Source: Nitrospirota bacterium (GTDB lineage: Bacteria; Nitrospirota; UBA9217). From it: a DNA stretch of 64,000 nt. Positions 43,890-55,583 of this stretch are shown piece by piece (position 1 is the stretch's first letter; every line of letters begins with the position of its first letter). The notes beneath the pieces were generated by a model. It was given only the letters and a program-made list of their open reading frames with translations, did no database searches and was not told where the DNA came from. A program made the position numbers and the translations under genes. The stretch lies in NCBI GenBank assembly GCA_963741205.1, contig CAVUHW010000013.1:1-64000 (forward strand), given 5' to 3'.

Positions 43890-44693
43890 ATGCAAAAAGC
43901 CATCGGCATATTCGACTCCGGCATCGGCGGGCTCACGGTGCTCAAGGAGATCGTCGCGACGCTGCCCGACGAGAACATCATCTATCTCGGTGACACGGCG
44001 CGGGTCCCTTACGGCATCCGCTCGGCCGAGACGGTGACGCGCTACAGCTTCGAGAACACGCAGTTCCTGCTCGCGCAGGAGATCAAACTGCTCGTCGTCG
44101 CCTGCAACACGGCGTCGGCCATCAGCCTCGAGGCGGTGAAGAAGGAGTATCCGCTGCCGGTCATCGGCGTGCTGGAGCCCGGCGCTCGCGCCGCCGCGGC
44201 CGCGACAAGGACGCGGAAGGTCGGCGTCATCGGCACCGAGGCAACGATCGCGAGCGGCGCCTACGAGAAGGCGATCAGGAGGATCGCCCCCGGCGTGGAG
44301 GTCGTCAGCCTGGCCTGTCCGCTCTTCGTCTCCCTCGCGGAGGAAGGGTGGACGGACAACGACGTGGCCCGGCTCGTGGCTGAAAAATATCTTTCGCCGC
44401 TCCGCGGCTCGGGCATCGATACGCTGGTATTGGGCTGCACCCACTATCCCCTGCTCAAGCCGGTCATCAGCAGGGCCGTCGGGCCGGGGATTACCCTTAT
44501 CGATTCGGCGACCGAGACCGCCAAGGAAGTGGCGGGCGTGCTGGAGAAGCTCAAGTGGCGGGGGAACGGGAAGGGCGAGGGGGTGCGCAAATTCTACGTG
44601 ACCGACACGCCGGCGCGCTTCGAAAAGATCGGAAAGCGTTTCCTCGGCGAATCGCTCCTGCGCGCCGAACAGGTGAGGGTCGGGGGAGTGTAG
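43890..44693 (+). CDS. murI: Glutamate racemase
   Basis: FDSGIGGL, ACNTAS and LGCTHYP motifs. Confidence 0.97.
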   Translation: MQKAIGIFDSGIGGLTVLKEIVATLPDENIIYLGDTARVPYGIRSAETVTRYSFENTQFLLAQEIKLLVVACNTASAISLEAVKKEYPLPVIGVLEPGARAAAAATRTRKVGVIGTEATIASGAYEKAIRRIAPGVEVVSLACPLFVSLAEEGWTDNDVARLVAEKYLSPLRGSGIDTLVLGCTHYPLLKPVISRAVGPGITLIDSATETAKEVAGVLEKLKWRGNGKGEGVRKFYVTDTPARFEKIGKRFLGESLLRAEQVRVGGV

Positions 44694-44731
44694 CGGGGAT
44701 GCGTCTTACGGTTACGCACCGCTCATCGTTC

Positions 44732-44810
44732 GTCATCCCCGAATGTATCTATCGGATCCATTTTGAACCGAATTAATTGGATTCCCGCTCATAAACGTTG
44801 CGGGAATGAC
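44732..44810. repeat. CGTC-type REP doublet
   Basis: GTCATCCCCGAATG..TCGGATCCA...TGGATTCCCGC..GCGGGAATGAC. Confidence 0.85.
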
Positions 44811-44874
44811 ATTTTGTAATGTTGTTATTGTGTCGAACTGTGAATCGCCGCGAAGCGGCGCCGAGGTCGTTCTC

Positions 44875-45530
44875 ATGAAAAAAGAATGCGAAGAGACAAG
44901 AAAGGCCCTCCCGAAGTATCTGCACGGACACGTTTTCAGGGCCGAGCGGGGCAGGATTGAGAGGCACCTGGGCCAGTGCGTGATCTGCAGGTCGGAATTC
45001 GAAGCGCTCAGGCGGACCGAGGAAACCCTGCAGATCCTGAGGGACATCAACGCGTCCGGGGGCGTTGTGGGCAGGGTCAAGGACGGCGTCTCCGCGCTCG
45101 GCAAGATCAAGAAACTTTTTTACCATCCGTTCTGGATCGCGGGGATCGCGCTGGTCGCGGCGGCCGCCATCTATTACCTCATGACGCCGCGGCAACTCGC
45201 TCTCGAGATTGACAGCATAGTCAAGACGGAACCGACGACGTCGGCTCCACGGTACGGCAACCGCCGTCTCGATGCGCCCAACAGCCCCGGCGAGCGTATC
45301 CACGACTAGCGGCTGACCGTCGGGCAGCCCCTGCCCGAAGCTTCAGTCGTTAAGCCGAAGGCAACGCGTCGACTTCCGGCTAAGAAGCCGTCCGCTCCAC
45401 GACGTGCGAAGCAACTACCGAAGGCGCCGGCCGAGGCCGCGTGCTTCCTGCCTCGACCTTCGCCGGAACCTGCGCCGGGAACATGGAGCTCCAGCAGGGC
45501 ACGCCGCTGGCTCGCGGATTCGCGAAATAG
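44875..45530 (+). CDS. zf-HC2 anti-sigma-like membrane protein; 3' part frameshifted
   Basis: C...HLxxCxxC ZAS motif, one TM, Pro/Ala/Thr-rich tail. Confidence 0.65.
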
Positions 45531-45583
45531 CACACTGAAGGCAGTCCGACCGAAAATAATCCGCGAGAACGGACTACACGATC

Positions 45584-46940
45584 ATGTCCCTCGACACAGT
45601 CATACCGGGAAACCATCGATTATCTCTTCGGGCTGCAGAAACACGGCATCAAGCTGGCCCTGTCCAACAGTTTCCGGCTCATGGAGCTCATGGGCGGCCC
45701 CCAGAGGAAATTCAGGACCGTTCATGTCGCGGGCACGAACGGCAAGGGATCGACGGCGGTGTTCATCGCGAATATGCTCATGGCCGCAGGATACCGGGTC
45801 GGCCTGTATACGTCGCCTCATCTCGTAAGCTTTACGGAGCGGATCAGGGTGGGTGGAGAGCCGATTCCCGAGGCGCGGGTCGTTGAGCTGGCGAGGCGGG
45901 TCCGTGAGGGGTATCGCGACAGTCACCGCGACGGACGGGTCCGGCGTCATGAGCCCCACGTTCTTCGAAGTGACGACGGCCGTCGCGTTCAGCTACTTCG
46001 CCGAAGAAGGCGTGGACATCGCCGTGATCGAAGTGGGCATGGGCGGCCGGCTCGACTCGACGAACGTGATCACGCCGCTCGTTTCGGTCATCACCAACAT
46101 CGATATCGAGCATACCGAGTATCCTGGGCGGTACCCTGGAACAGATTGCAGGTGAGAAAGCGGGCATCATCAAGCCCGGCGTGCCGGTGATCACCGGGGT
46201 AATACAGCCGGAGGCGAGGGCGTGATCGAGCGGGAAGCAGCGGCGAAGGGATCCCCTGTCTTTCGTCTGGCGAGAAGAATTTCGGCCTGAGAACGTCGTC
46301 CCCGGCCGGGAACAGGTCTTCGATTACCGCGGTATGAAAGCGGCCTACCGGGGCCTGCGTGTGCGGATGCTGGGCCGTCACCAGGTGGACAACGCCAGTC
46401 TTGCGCTGGCCGCTCTCGAGTGCCTCGGCGAAGCGGGCGTCGCCGTTGACGAGACCGCGATCACGGCGCGGACTCGAACAGGCGCAGTGGGAAGGGCGCA
46501 TGGAGCGCGTCGCGCAGTGTCCCGATATTTATCTGGACGGCGCGCATAACCCGGCGTCGGCAAGAAAGCTTGCCGAGACCATCCGGGCGCTTTTGCCCAG
46601 CGTACCGGAAGCTGGCGCTGGTCATCGGCATCCTCGGCGACAAGGATTTCAGCGGCATCGTCAGGGAGATCGTTCCCCTGGCGGACCGCGTGGTGGTGAC
46701 CCGGCCGCAGTATGCCCGCGCATTGGACGTCCAGACGCTCGCCGCGGAGGTCCGGAAACTGCACGGCGCTGTGAGCGCGGCTGAGACTGTCGGCGAGGCG
46801 ATCCATCAGGCCCGGGAGGAAGCGTCGCCTGAAGACTTGATTCTGGTTACCGGATCGCTCTACGTGGTCGGCGACGCCCGGGCGCTTCTGGTCGCCCGCG
46901 CCGGCCAGGACGGGGAACTCACACAGGCCTTAAGGGATGA
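45584..46940 (+). CDS. folC: Folylpolyglutamate/dihydrofolate synthase (frameshifted)
   Basis: [39 protein letters not shown] and GSLYVVG motifs. Confidence 0.93.
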
Positions 46941-46962
46941 GGTTTCGGAAATGCGGACTATC

Positions 46963-46998
46963 CCTCACCCTACCCTAAGGAGAGGTGGCAGGGTGAGG
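46963..46998. repeat. CCTCACCCT/AGGGTGAGG hairpin repeat
   Basis: CCTCACCCTACC-N12-GGCAGGGTGAGG inverted repeat. Confidence 0.55.
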
Positions 46999-47018
46999 AG
47001 CATGCAGTTCGCGGATTT

Positions 47019-47103
47019 CACCCTCACTCGCGCGAAGCGCACCCTGCCTTCGCGCTACGCACTCATAAACGCTGGCCGCAGGCCCATAACCGCTGGATGC
47101 AGG
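47019..47103. mobile_element. Self-nested ~43-bp micro-element within a GCGGATT heptamer tract
   Basis: Inner copy 47040-47082 splits an outer copy (47019-47039 + 47083-47103); mobility is inferred, not shown. Confidence 0.65.
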
Positions 47104-47146
47104 CGAATTGTGGATTGCGGAGTGAAAAGCTAAAGGGCTTGCACGG

Positions 47147-49190
47147 ATGACCATAACGCGCGGTACTGTATGCATACTCACCCTGGTTCTTTTTTTTGCC
47201 GGCCTCGTGGCCGGCCCGCCCCGGCGCGCCCTGGCAGAGACGCCCGCGAAAAAAATCCCCGTTTCCGTGACCGCGGACAAACTCGATTATGACCGGGCCA
47301 CTGACGTCTACATTGCCGTGGGACATGTGAAGATCGAACAGGAAGGCATCAAGCTGGAAGCGGAAAAGGTGGTGCTGGACAGCAAGACCGGAGTGGCAGA
47401 GGCGGAGGGGAACGTGTACCTCCAGGACAAGGGTGACGTTATTCATGCGGAGCGGCTGAAGATCAACCTGAACACCCGCGAAGGGGTCATCTATAAAGGC
47501 GACATGTTCATGCAGAAGGACAATTATCATCTCAGGGGGGACGTTATCGAACGGCGCTCGGAAACCGTGTATCATGTCGAGCACGGCGAGTTCACGACCT
47601 GCGATGAATCCGAATGGTACATCAAGGCGGATGAGATGGACATCGACATGACCCGCTACGCGACCGGCAAGGATGTGTCCTTTAAGTTGGCCGGGCTCCC
47701 TGTACTCTATACGCCTTACTTCCTCTTTCCCGTCCGCAGGCAGAGCGGCTTCCTGATCCCCATAGCGGGCTACAGCAGCAGAGACGGGGTCTAGTGTCGA
47801 AAATACCTTCTTCTGGGCAATGTCCGATTACCGGGACATGACGTTCTACTCCGATTACCGTGAGCGGACCGGACATGGCACCGGGATCGATTACCGATAC
47901 AACAACTCCCAGGAGTCCGCCGGGCAGGTCTCTACGAAATTCTGGGACATGTACCATACCGGCGAGTCGCGATGGGACTTCCGGCTTCAACACAAGGAAG
48001 AGTTCGCGGAGGACCTCTCGGCCCGCGCTGACATCAACCTCGTGAGCGACCAGAACTTTTATCACGACCTCGAAAAGAATCTCGTGGCGAGCTCCAAGCC
48101 ATACCTCGATTCGAACGCCTTCTATGTGGAGCGATGGAACGCTTCCTCGATCTATCTCCTGGGCCAGTACTCGACCGACCTCACCACGACCAATGAAAAT
48201 ACGGTCCAGAAACTTCCGGAGCTCCGGTACACGATCTTTGAGGAAACGCTTGCCGGACCCGTTCATCTCAACTTTGACGGATCTGCCATTAATTTTTATA
48301 AGCAGTCGGGAGACGGCGCCCGGCGCATGGACCTCAACCCGCAGCTGACCGCGGTGTTCGGCAGCGGCGGTCTCAGCTTATCGCCGCACGCGGGGGCCAG
48401 GGCCACCTTCTACGACCGGAGCGCCACCGGCGCTGAACCGGCAGAGCGTAAATTTTTTTATGCGGGCGCGGATATGAATATGAGGGTCTCGCGGGTGTAC
48501 GGCTCCGACAGCGGTGCCGGGATCGGGCGGGTGCGTCATTCGATCGAACCGACGATTTCCTATACTTACATCCCTCACATCGATCAGGGGAACATCCCCG
48601 TGTTCGATTCCGTGGACACCGTTGCCGCGCAGAACCTGACGACTTTTTCGATCATCAACCGTTTGACGGCGCACTACCGGGCAGCGAAGGACTCCACCGC
48701 GTTTTCGACCTTCGACGTCATGGTCTTCAAGCTCTCCCAGTCTTATGACCTGAACGTGAAGGAGGATATCCCCGGCGCCGCCCGCCGGCGTTCCCCGGTC
48801 CTGGGTGAGCTGTATGTGACTGCGCCCAAGGCGCCGACCCTGTCTGCCAGCGCCACCTATGATACGTACACCAGGGCCGTGGCCTCTCATTCCGTGGGGG
48901 TCTCTTACGCGGCGGGAATATACTCGGTGAACCTCAGTGAACAATTCCTCAAGGTTCCCGAGATACGGTCCCTGATCGGGGGGGGGACACTGATACTCGG
49001 TAAGTGGACCCTGGGCGGACAGTGGACTCGCGATGAGGTGAACAACACGACGCAACAGGAGGATTACTCGCTCCACTATGCAGCGCAATGCTGGGGGATC
49101 AGAGGGACCTATACCGTGAGGCCCGGGGAATACCGGTATATGGTCATGCTGGACCTCAAGGGCATCGGGAGCCGGGGCTCCACCAAGTAG
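47147..49190 (+). CDS. lptD: LPS assembly protein LptD (frameshift near 47790)
   Basis: OstA-like N domain (TADKLDY, AEGNVYL), FTTC, LPVLYTPY..RQSGFL, QKLPE, beta-barrel, QCW; lies after folC. Confidence 0.85.
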
Positions 49191-49208
49191 CGGTAGGGAG
49201 AGGTGTGA

Positions 49209-49529
49209 ATGGCCGAAGAAATTATCGTTCTCATCACCGCATCCTCGCAAGGCGAAGCGGAGAAGATCGGATCGGCACTCGTTGACGAGCACCTTGCCGG
49301 TTGCGTGAATATCGTACCCGGCATCCGCTCCCTGTTCTTCTGGGAAGGCAAGATGCAGGACGAGCAGGAGATCCTGCTGATCTGCAAGAGCAGACAGCCT
49401 CTCCTGGAAAAGATCATAACCAGGGTAAAGTCGCTCCACTCCTATGCCGTGCCCGAAGTCATCGCCCTGCCGGTAGTCGGCGGCTCAGGTGACTATCTCG
49501 GCTGGCTGAGGGACGCGACGAGGCAGTGA
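49209..49529 (+). CDS. cutA: Divalent cation tolerance protein CutA
   Basis: LAGCVNIVP, SLFFWEG and LHSYAVPEVI motifs. Confidence 0.93.
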   Translation: MAEEIIVLITASSQGEAEKIGSALVDEHLAGCVNIVPGIRSLFFWEGKMQDEQEILLICKSRQPLLEKIITRVKSLHSYAVPEVIALPVVGGSGDYLGWLRDATRQ

Positions 49530-49537
49530 ACCGCGGA

Positions 49538-49609
49538 GGGCATGGCGCAGAGCGCATCGCGTAACGCATCAAGATTTTACGCCATGCTCCATGCGCTATG
49601 CGCCATGCA
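49538..49609. repeat. Heptamer-repeat hairpin, (GCGCATR)n / (TGCGCCA)n
   Basis: GGGCATG GCGCAGA GCGCATC GCGTAA ... TACGCCA TGCTCCA TGCGCTA TGCGCCA. Confidence 0.7.
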
Positions 49610-49820
49610 GATGGGGCTACGGAGACGCCTTTCGAGGTCATGGTGGGCGCGGTACTTACCCAGAACACGGCGTGGTCCAACGTTGAGAAGGCCATAGCGA
49701 ACCTTAAACACGCACGGTTGATGACGCCCGTCGGCCTGGACCGCACAACGGTCGGCAAACTGGCGGAGCTTATCAGGCCGAGCGGCTACTTCAGATAGAA
49801 GTCAAAAAAATATTAAAACG
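49610..49820 (+). pseudogene. Internal remnant of an endonuclease III-related HhH-GPD gene
   Basis: ETPFEVMVGAVLTQNTAWSNVEKAIANL...IRPSGYFR*KSKK; no N-terminus and no C-terminal two thirds. Confidence 0.85.
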
Positions 49821-49850
49821 TTGACACTTAGACGGCCTTTATGCTAAGAT
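49821..49850 (+). promoter_or_regulatory. Sigma70-type promoter for the M23 gene
   Basis: TTGACA-N18-TAAGAT with an extended TG. Confidence 0.55.
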
Positions 49851-49886
49851 ATTACTTGGTTCCATGCGCCTTTTTCGGGAGAGGTT

Positions 49887-50822
49887 ATGAGACTTAACAA
49901 GTCCAGAAGGCTTAAGAAAAAAGAGTATTATACCTTTATGTTCCTGCCCGGTCCCAACGAGCGGGTGCGCTCCCTGAGCATTTCAAAATCGGTCCTCAAG
50001 ACGGCGTTGCTTTCACTGGCAGCCGTCGCCATGCTCTCCGTTTATTTCGTCTACGAATACAACGATGCAAAAGACAAGGCATGGGAACTGCAATCCGTCC
50101 GAGAGGAATTGATGCAGCAGAAAGCCCAGGTGCAGAGCTTTGCACTCAATCTCCTGGACTACCAGCGTCAGATGTTCCTGCTACGCGACCTTGACACCAA
50201 ACTCCGGCGGGTCGTGAGCCTCGGCCCCCGGGACCGTGCACAACAGGTGCTTGGAATCGGCGGGCCCGATGAACTGGGCCTTCAAAACCTTGCGACCATG
50301 GGCGAAAAGAAGCAGGAAGAGGCGCTCAAGGAAATGCATCAGGAACTTTCACAGTTGAAGGGCGCAGCCTCTCGCCAGGAAATCAGCCTCCAGATGCTGA
50401 TCGAGTATTTCGAGGACAAGCGTTCATTGTATGCGTCCACGCCGTCGGTGTGGCCCGTACGCGGCTGGATCACCTCGTCATTCGGCAACAGGAACTCGCC
50501 ATTCAGCGGGATCATGAAGTTCCACGAGGGGATCGATATCGCTGCACAGACCGGGACGCCGGTGATGGCGCCAGCGGACGGGGTCGTGGTCAAGGCGGGT
50601 TTCAGCAGCGGATACGGCAACATGGTCGAGCTCAGCCATGGATACGGCATCAAAACGGTGTTCGCGCACAATTCCCGGATCAATGTGAAGGCTGGACAGC
50701 GGATCACACGCGGTGATGTCATTTCCTATGTGGGGGATTCCGGATCGAGCACGGGACCGCACCTCCATTATGAAGTGCGGTTGAACGGTTTGCCGGTAAA
50801 TCCCCTCAAATACATGAATTAA
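49887..50822 (+). CDS. M23 family metallopeptidase with TM and coiled coil
   Basis: HEGID, YGN, FAH and STGPHLHYEV motifs. Confidence 0.93.
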   Translation: MRLNKSRRLKKKEYYTFMFLPGPNERVRSLSISKSVLKTALLSLAAVAMLSVYFVYEYNDAKDKAWELQSVREELMQQKAQVQSFALNLLDYQRQMFLLRDLDTKLRRVVSLGPRDRAQQVLGIGGPDELGLQNLATMGEKKQEEALKEMHQELSQLKGAASRQEISLQMLIEYFEDKRSLYASTPSVWPVRGWITSSFGNRNSPFSGIMKFHEGIDIAAQTGTPVMAPADGVVVKAGFSSGYGNMVELSHGYGIKTVFAHNSRINVKAGQRITRGDVISYVGDSGSSTGPHLHYEVRLNGLPVNPLKYMN

Positions 50823-51022
50823 GAGGTTCAACCACGTAAATGCCTCCTCATCTGGACGGCATCTTCTCTTCTCCACATAACACGGCTCAATCCATGGTTG
50901 ACCGGGGAAATGAGCATGGGGGATACGAATGAGGCTCTTTCCCTTTGTGTTAAAACCGTTTCCGTCCTCTGGTTTCCTGAGCGTCAGCCGTCGGCGGAAA
51001 CAAGCAAGGAGGAGTAAGTTTT

Positions 51023-51229
51023 ATGTCAATGGGGAAAGTAAAATGGTTTAACGAGTCCAAGGGGTATGGTTTTATTGAGCCGGAGGAAGGCGGACGCGAC
51101 GTGTTCGTGCATTATTCGGCGATCCAGGGAGAGGGCTATAAGACCCTCTCCGAGGGGCAGACTGTAGAGTTTGAAATTATTCAGGGAGAAAAAGGCCCCC
51201 AGGCATCCAACGTGTCGAAAAATACTTAG
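51023..51229 (+). CDS. Cold-shock protein (CspA family)
   Basis: GKVKWFN..KGYGFI and DVFVHYSAI motifs; AGGAGG RBS. Confidence 0.97.
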   Translation: MSMGKVKWFNESKGYGFIEPEEGGRDVFVHYSAIQGEGYKTLSEGQTVEFEIIQGEKGPQASNVSKNT

Positions 51230-51388
51230 GAAGCCGGATCGGCGGAGTGCCGCAGGATCCGGTATAAGCGCATGATCGAGAGCCCCGAGGGACCCCCCCA
51301 TCTTCGGGGTTTATTCATTTCCGCTCCCCGCCCGCCGCATGCCGGGCGATCGCTGCTTTCGTCCCGGTGCGAGTTCAAGCGGTGCACG

Positions 51389-51735
51389 CTATGCCCCGGT
51401 CACCGTTTTTTTTCTGGCCGCGTGCTGCTCAAAGAGCACTTCTTTCATCAATGAGCATGCCTCGATGACCTTCGGATTGGATACACGGTAAAAGATATTG
51501 ACGCCTTCCCGCCTCGTCATTAGGATTCCCTTGTGGCGCATGACGGCGAGGTGCTGCGACACGTTTGCCTTGGAGGCCCCCAGTGCGGTTACCAGCTCCG
51601 TGACGGTTTTTTCTTCGTTTTTCAGGGCATTCAGAATCTCGATTCGCTTCGGGTTGGTGAGCGTCTTGCAGATTTCCGCCTGCATTTCGAACAGGGTTTT
51701 GTCAGGGCTTTGTCGGTGAGTGTCGTTGTCTTCAT
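51389..51735 (-). CDS. ArsR/SmtB family regulator (probable 5' frameshift; in-frame ATG at 51685)
   Basis: AEICKTLTNPKRIEIL, VSQHLAVMR and RREG..IFY motifs. Confidence 0.88.
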
Positions 51736-51741
51736 GCCTCT

Positions 51742-51770
51742 TTTTTACACGTAATGCGCTTTTTTGTCAA
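51742..51770 (-). promoter_or_regulatory. Sigma70-like promoter for the ArsR gene, possibly leaderless
   Basis: TTGACA-N17-TAAAAA ending 6 nt before ATG 51735. Confidence 0.4.
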
Positions 51771-51944
51771 GAAATTAATCGTCGCTTCCAAGGACTCCAG
51801 ACCGCAGTTCATATCTCGACGTCCCGGACCGCTCCGTCTTCAACCGGGCTTGCAGGGGCCGGGATTATTTTCTTGAAATCCTCTGCAAAAATGATAATAT
51901 GAAAAAATTGTCGCGAAGATTTTCGCCTGGCGGAGAAATGTGAA

Positions 51945-54588
51945 ATGATCGGCACGATTCTGAAAAAAGTATTCGGCACGGCAAACGAGCGGGAACTGAA
52001 GCGCATCCAGTCTGCTGGTGGACGAGATAAACGCATTTGAGGCGGAGATCTCCGGCCTCCCGGACGCAGGGCTTGCGGGCCAAGACGGACGAGTTCAAGA
52101 AGCAGGCTCGAGGACGGCGAGACGCTCGACGATCTTCTCCCCGAGGCCTTTGCCGTGGTGCGCGAGGCGTCGAAACGGACCCTCGGCATGCGCCACTTCG
52201 ATGTCCAGCTCATCGGCGGCATCGTGCTTCACTCCGGCAAGATCGCGGAGATGAAGACCGGAGAAGGAAAGACCCTGGTGGCGACGCTGCCGGTCTACCT
52301 GAACGCGCTGACCGGCAACGGCGTGCACGTGGTCACGGTGAACGACTACCTCGCCCGGCGCGACGCCCAGTGGATGGGCCCGGTCTACCAGTTCCTCGGC
52401 CTCTCCGTGGGCGTCATCGTTCACGGTCTCACGGACGAAGAGCGGCAGGCGGCCTACGGCTCGGACGTGACCTACGGCACAAACAACGAGTTCGGCTTCG
52501 ACTATCTCCGCGACAACATGAAGTTCGACCTCAAGGACTATGTCCAGCGCGAGCTCAACTACGCCATCGTGGACGAAGTGGACTCGATCCTGATCGACGA
52601 GGCCAGGACCCCGCTCATCATCTCCGGTCCCGCGGAAGAGTCCACGGACAAGTATTACAAGATCAACCGCATCATCCCGAGCCTCAAGAAGGACGCCGAC
52701 TACACCATCGAGGAGAAGACCAAGACCGTGGCCCTGACCGAGGAGGGGAACGTCAAGGTGGAGCGGATGCTCGGCGCCGGCAACCTCTACGACCCCTCGA
52801 ACGTCGACCTCGTGCACCACGTGCACCAGGCCCTGAAGGCCCATGCCCTGTTCCACCGCGATGTGGACTACGTGGTCAAGGACGACCAGGTGATGATCGT
52901 GGACGAGTTCACGGGCAGGCTCATGCCGGGCAGGCGCTGGAGCGACGGACTGCACCAGGCCATCGAGGCCAAGGAAGGCGTCAAGATCGAGAACGAGAAC
53001 CAGACCCTGGCGTCGATCACGTTCCAGAACTACTTCCGGCTCTACAGCAAGCTCGCGGGCATGACCGGCACGGCCGAGACCGAGGCCGCGGAGTTCGCGA
53101 AGATCTACAACCTCGACGTGGTCATGATCCCCACCCACCAGCCCATGATCCGCATGGACAATCCCGACTTCATCTACAAGACCGAGCAGGCGAAGTTCAA
53201 CGCCGCCATCAGACGAGATCGAGGAACTGCACAAGAAGGGCCAGCCCGTGCTGGTCGGCACCATCTCGATCGTCAAGTCCGAGACCCTGGCGTCGACTGC
53301 TCAAGAAAAAGGGCATCAGGCACACGGTCCTGAACGCCAAGTACCACGAGATGGAGGCCGAGATCGTGGCCCAGGCAGGACGGTACAGCGCGGTCACGAT
53401 CGCCACGAACATGGCGGGCCGCGGCACCGACATCGTCCTCGGCGGCAACCCCGAAGGGCTCGCGCGCCAGGCGCTCAAGGCAAAGGAATATACGAAGGAA
53501 GAGTGGGACAAGACGCTCGAACAGTTCAAGACGCTCTGCGCCGAGGAAAAGGAAAAGGTCATCGCCGCGGGCGGGCTCCACATCCTGGGCACGGAGCGGC
53601 ATGAGTCGCGCCGGATCGACAACCAGCTCCGCGGCCGTTCGGGCCGCCAGGGAGACCCCGGCTCTTCGCGGTTCTATCTCTCGCTCGAGGACGACCTGCT
53701 TCGCATCTTCGGCTCCGACCGCATCTCGGGCCTCATGGGCAAGCTCGGCATGGAAGAGGACGTGCCCATCGAGCACCGCATGGTGTCGCGGGCCATCGAG
53801 AACGCGCAGAAGAAGGTGGAGACCCACAACTTCGAGATCCGCAAGCACATCCTCGAATACGACGACGTGATGAACCAGCAGCGGAAGGTCATCTACGAAC
53901 AGCGCCGCCAGATCCTGGCGGGCACGGACCTCAAGGAAGAGGTGCTCGGCCTGGCCGAGGACATGCTCGACGGCATGATCGGTTTCTACTGCCCCGAGGA
54001 CGCCTATTCCGAGACAGTGGGATATCACGGGCCTCAACGACGCGCTGGCGGCCAAGTTCTCCTTCCGCCTGGCCGGCATCGATCCGCATTCCCTTTCCCG
54101 CGACGAGTTCCGCGCAGAAGCTGTGGGAGGCGATCAAGCAGAGCTACGAGGACAAGGAGAAGGAGATCGGCCCCGAGCTCATGCGCCACCTCGAGAAGGT
54201 GTTCATGCTCCAGGCCGTGGACCACCAGTGGAAGGACCACCTCCTGGCCATGGACCATCTGAAGGAAGGCATCGGCCTCCGGGGCTACGGGCAGAAGGAC
54301 CCGCTCATCGAGTATAAAAAAGAAGGCTTCGACATGTTCGAGGAGATGAAGCTCCGCATCGTCGAAACGACGGTCGAGAACCTCTTCCGCATCAAGGTGG
54401 CCGCCAAGGAGCAGGGCGAGGAGATCGAGCGGAAACAGCGCCGCCAGATCGCGAACCTCAGCTTTGTCGGCGCCGGAGACGCGGCAGCGGCAAAGCCCGC
54501 GCCGGTGCATGCGGCGCAGAAGGTCGGCAGGAACGACCCCTGCCCCTGCGGGAGCGGGCTGAAGTACAAGAAGTGCCACGGGAAGTGA
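51945..54588 (+). CDS. secA: Preprotein translocase SecA (several frameshifts)
   Basis: [45 protein letters not shown] and C-terminal SEC-C motif. Confidence 0.97.
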
Positions 54589-54602
54589 TTCATCATCATC
54601 AG

Positions 54603-54694
54603 AATTGCGGAATGCGGATTGTAGGAATGAGCTGAAGCATCGCGGGAATGGTCTTTCGTATTTTATCCGTGCCCATCCGTGTCCATCCGTGGTT
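54603..54694. repeat. Heptamer tract (GAATGCG) plus decamer tract (ATCCGTGYCC)x3
   Basis: AATTGCG GAATGCG GATTGTA at 54603-54628; ATCCGTGCCC ATCCGTGTCC ATCCGTGGTT at 54665-54694. Confidence 0.55.
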
Positions 54695-54703
54695 AAACAG
54701 TCT

Positions 54704-55510
54704 ATGAGAATCGCCGGAATACAGATAAGTGCCGGACCGGACATCGAGCGAAACGTCCAGCGCGCCGTGGACATGGCCGAGGTAGCGGCGGAGAAGGACG
54801 CAGGGATCATCTGCTATCCCGAACTGTTTCTGACCCCCTGGTTCCCGAGGCGTGAGGACAAGGCGCTCCGCTCCCTGGCCGCGAACGCCGCAAGCGAAAC
54901 ACTCGCGCGGTTTCAATCCCTTTCTGAGAACACGAAAACCGTTCTCATCGTTCCCTTCTTTGAATCAGCGGACGACAAAAATTATAACAGCGCCGCGGTT
55001 TTCGACTCCGGAAAGCTCGTCGGCGTGTACCGCAAGATGCACCTGCCTGACCTTCCGCTCTACCGCGAACAATTTTACTTCTCAGCCGGCGACGCCGGCT
55101 TTCCCGTATTCGAAACCTCGAAAGGAAAGATCGGCGTCCAGATCTGCTGGGACAACCTGTTCCCCGAGGGCAGCCGCATCCTCGCGCTTAAAGGCGCGGA
55201 GATCATCTTCTCGCCCACCGCGGCGTCGATCAATACGCACAGCCTCTGGGAACGCGCCATTACGGCAAACGCCTTTGCGAACAATCTTTTCATCTTCCGG
55301 GTGAACCGCGTGGGGAAGGAAGAAGGCATCTCGTTTTACGGCCGGAGCTTCTGCGCGGACCCCTGGGGCGAAATGGTTTCCGAGCTTGCAGGCGGAAAAG
55401 AGGCGATCGTCATCGCGGACATCGATCCTGCCGAGCGCAAAGCAGCCGCAGAAACCTGGGGCTTCCTCAACCACCGCAGGCCCGGGGAGTACGGGGACCT
55501 GGTGAAGTAA
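54704..55510 (+). CDS. Carbon-nitrogen hydrolase (N-carbamoylputrescine amidase/beta-ureidopropionase-like)
   Basis: E-K-C triad in PELF, YRKMH and ICWD; NRVG and FYGRSF motifs. Confidence 0.88.
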   Translation: MRIAGIQISAGPDIERNVQRAVDMAEVAAEKDAGIICYPELFLTPWFPRREDKALRSLAANAASETLARFQSLSENTKTVLIVPFFESADDKNYNSAAVFDSGKLVGVYRKMHLPDLPLYREQFYFSAGDAGFPVFETSKGKIGVQICWDNLFPEGSRILALKGAEIIFSPTAASINTHSLWERAITANAFANNLFIFRVNRVGKEEGISFYGRSFCADPWGEMVSELAGGKEAIVIADIDPAERKAAAETWGFLNHRRPGEYGDLVK

Positions 55511-55583
55511 TTTCTGACGGCCGAAGACCTTTCCCCGAACAGTTTCCGAATCCTCTACTCGAATTTTTTCTCTCGTGGATCAC

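Noticed and set aside
50823-51022. cspA-type thermosensor leader
   Set aside because: A long leader is plausible, but I could not identify a diagnostic sequence or structure by eye.
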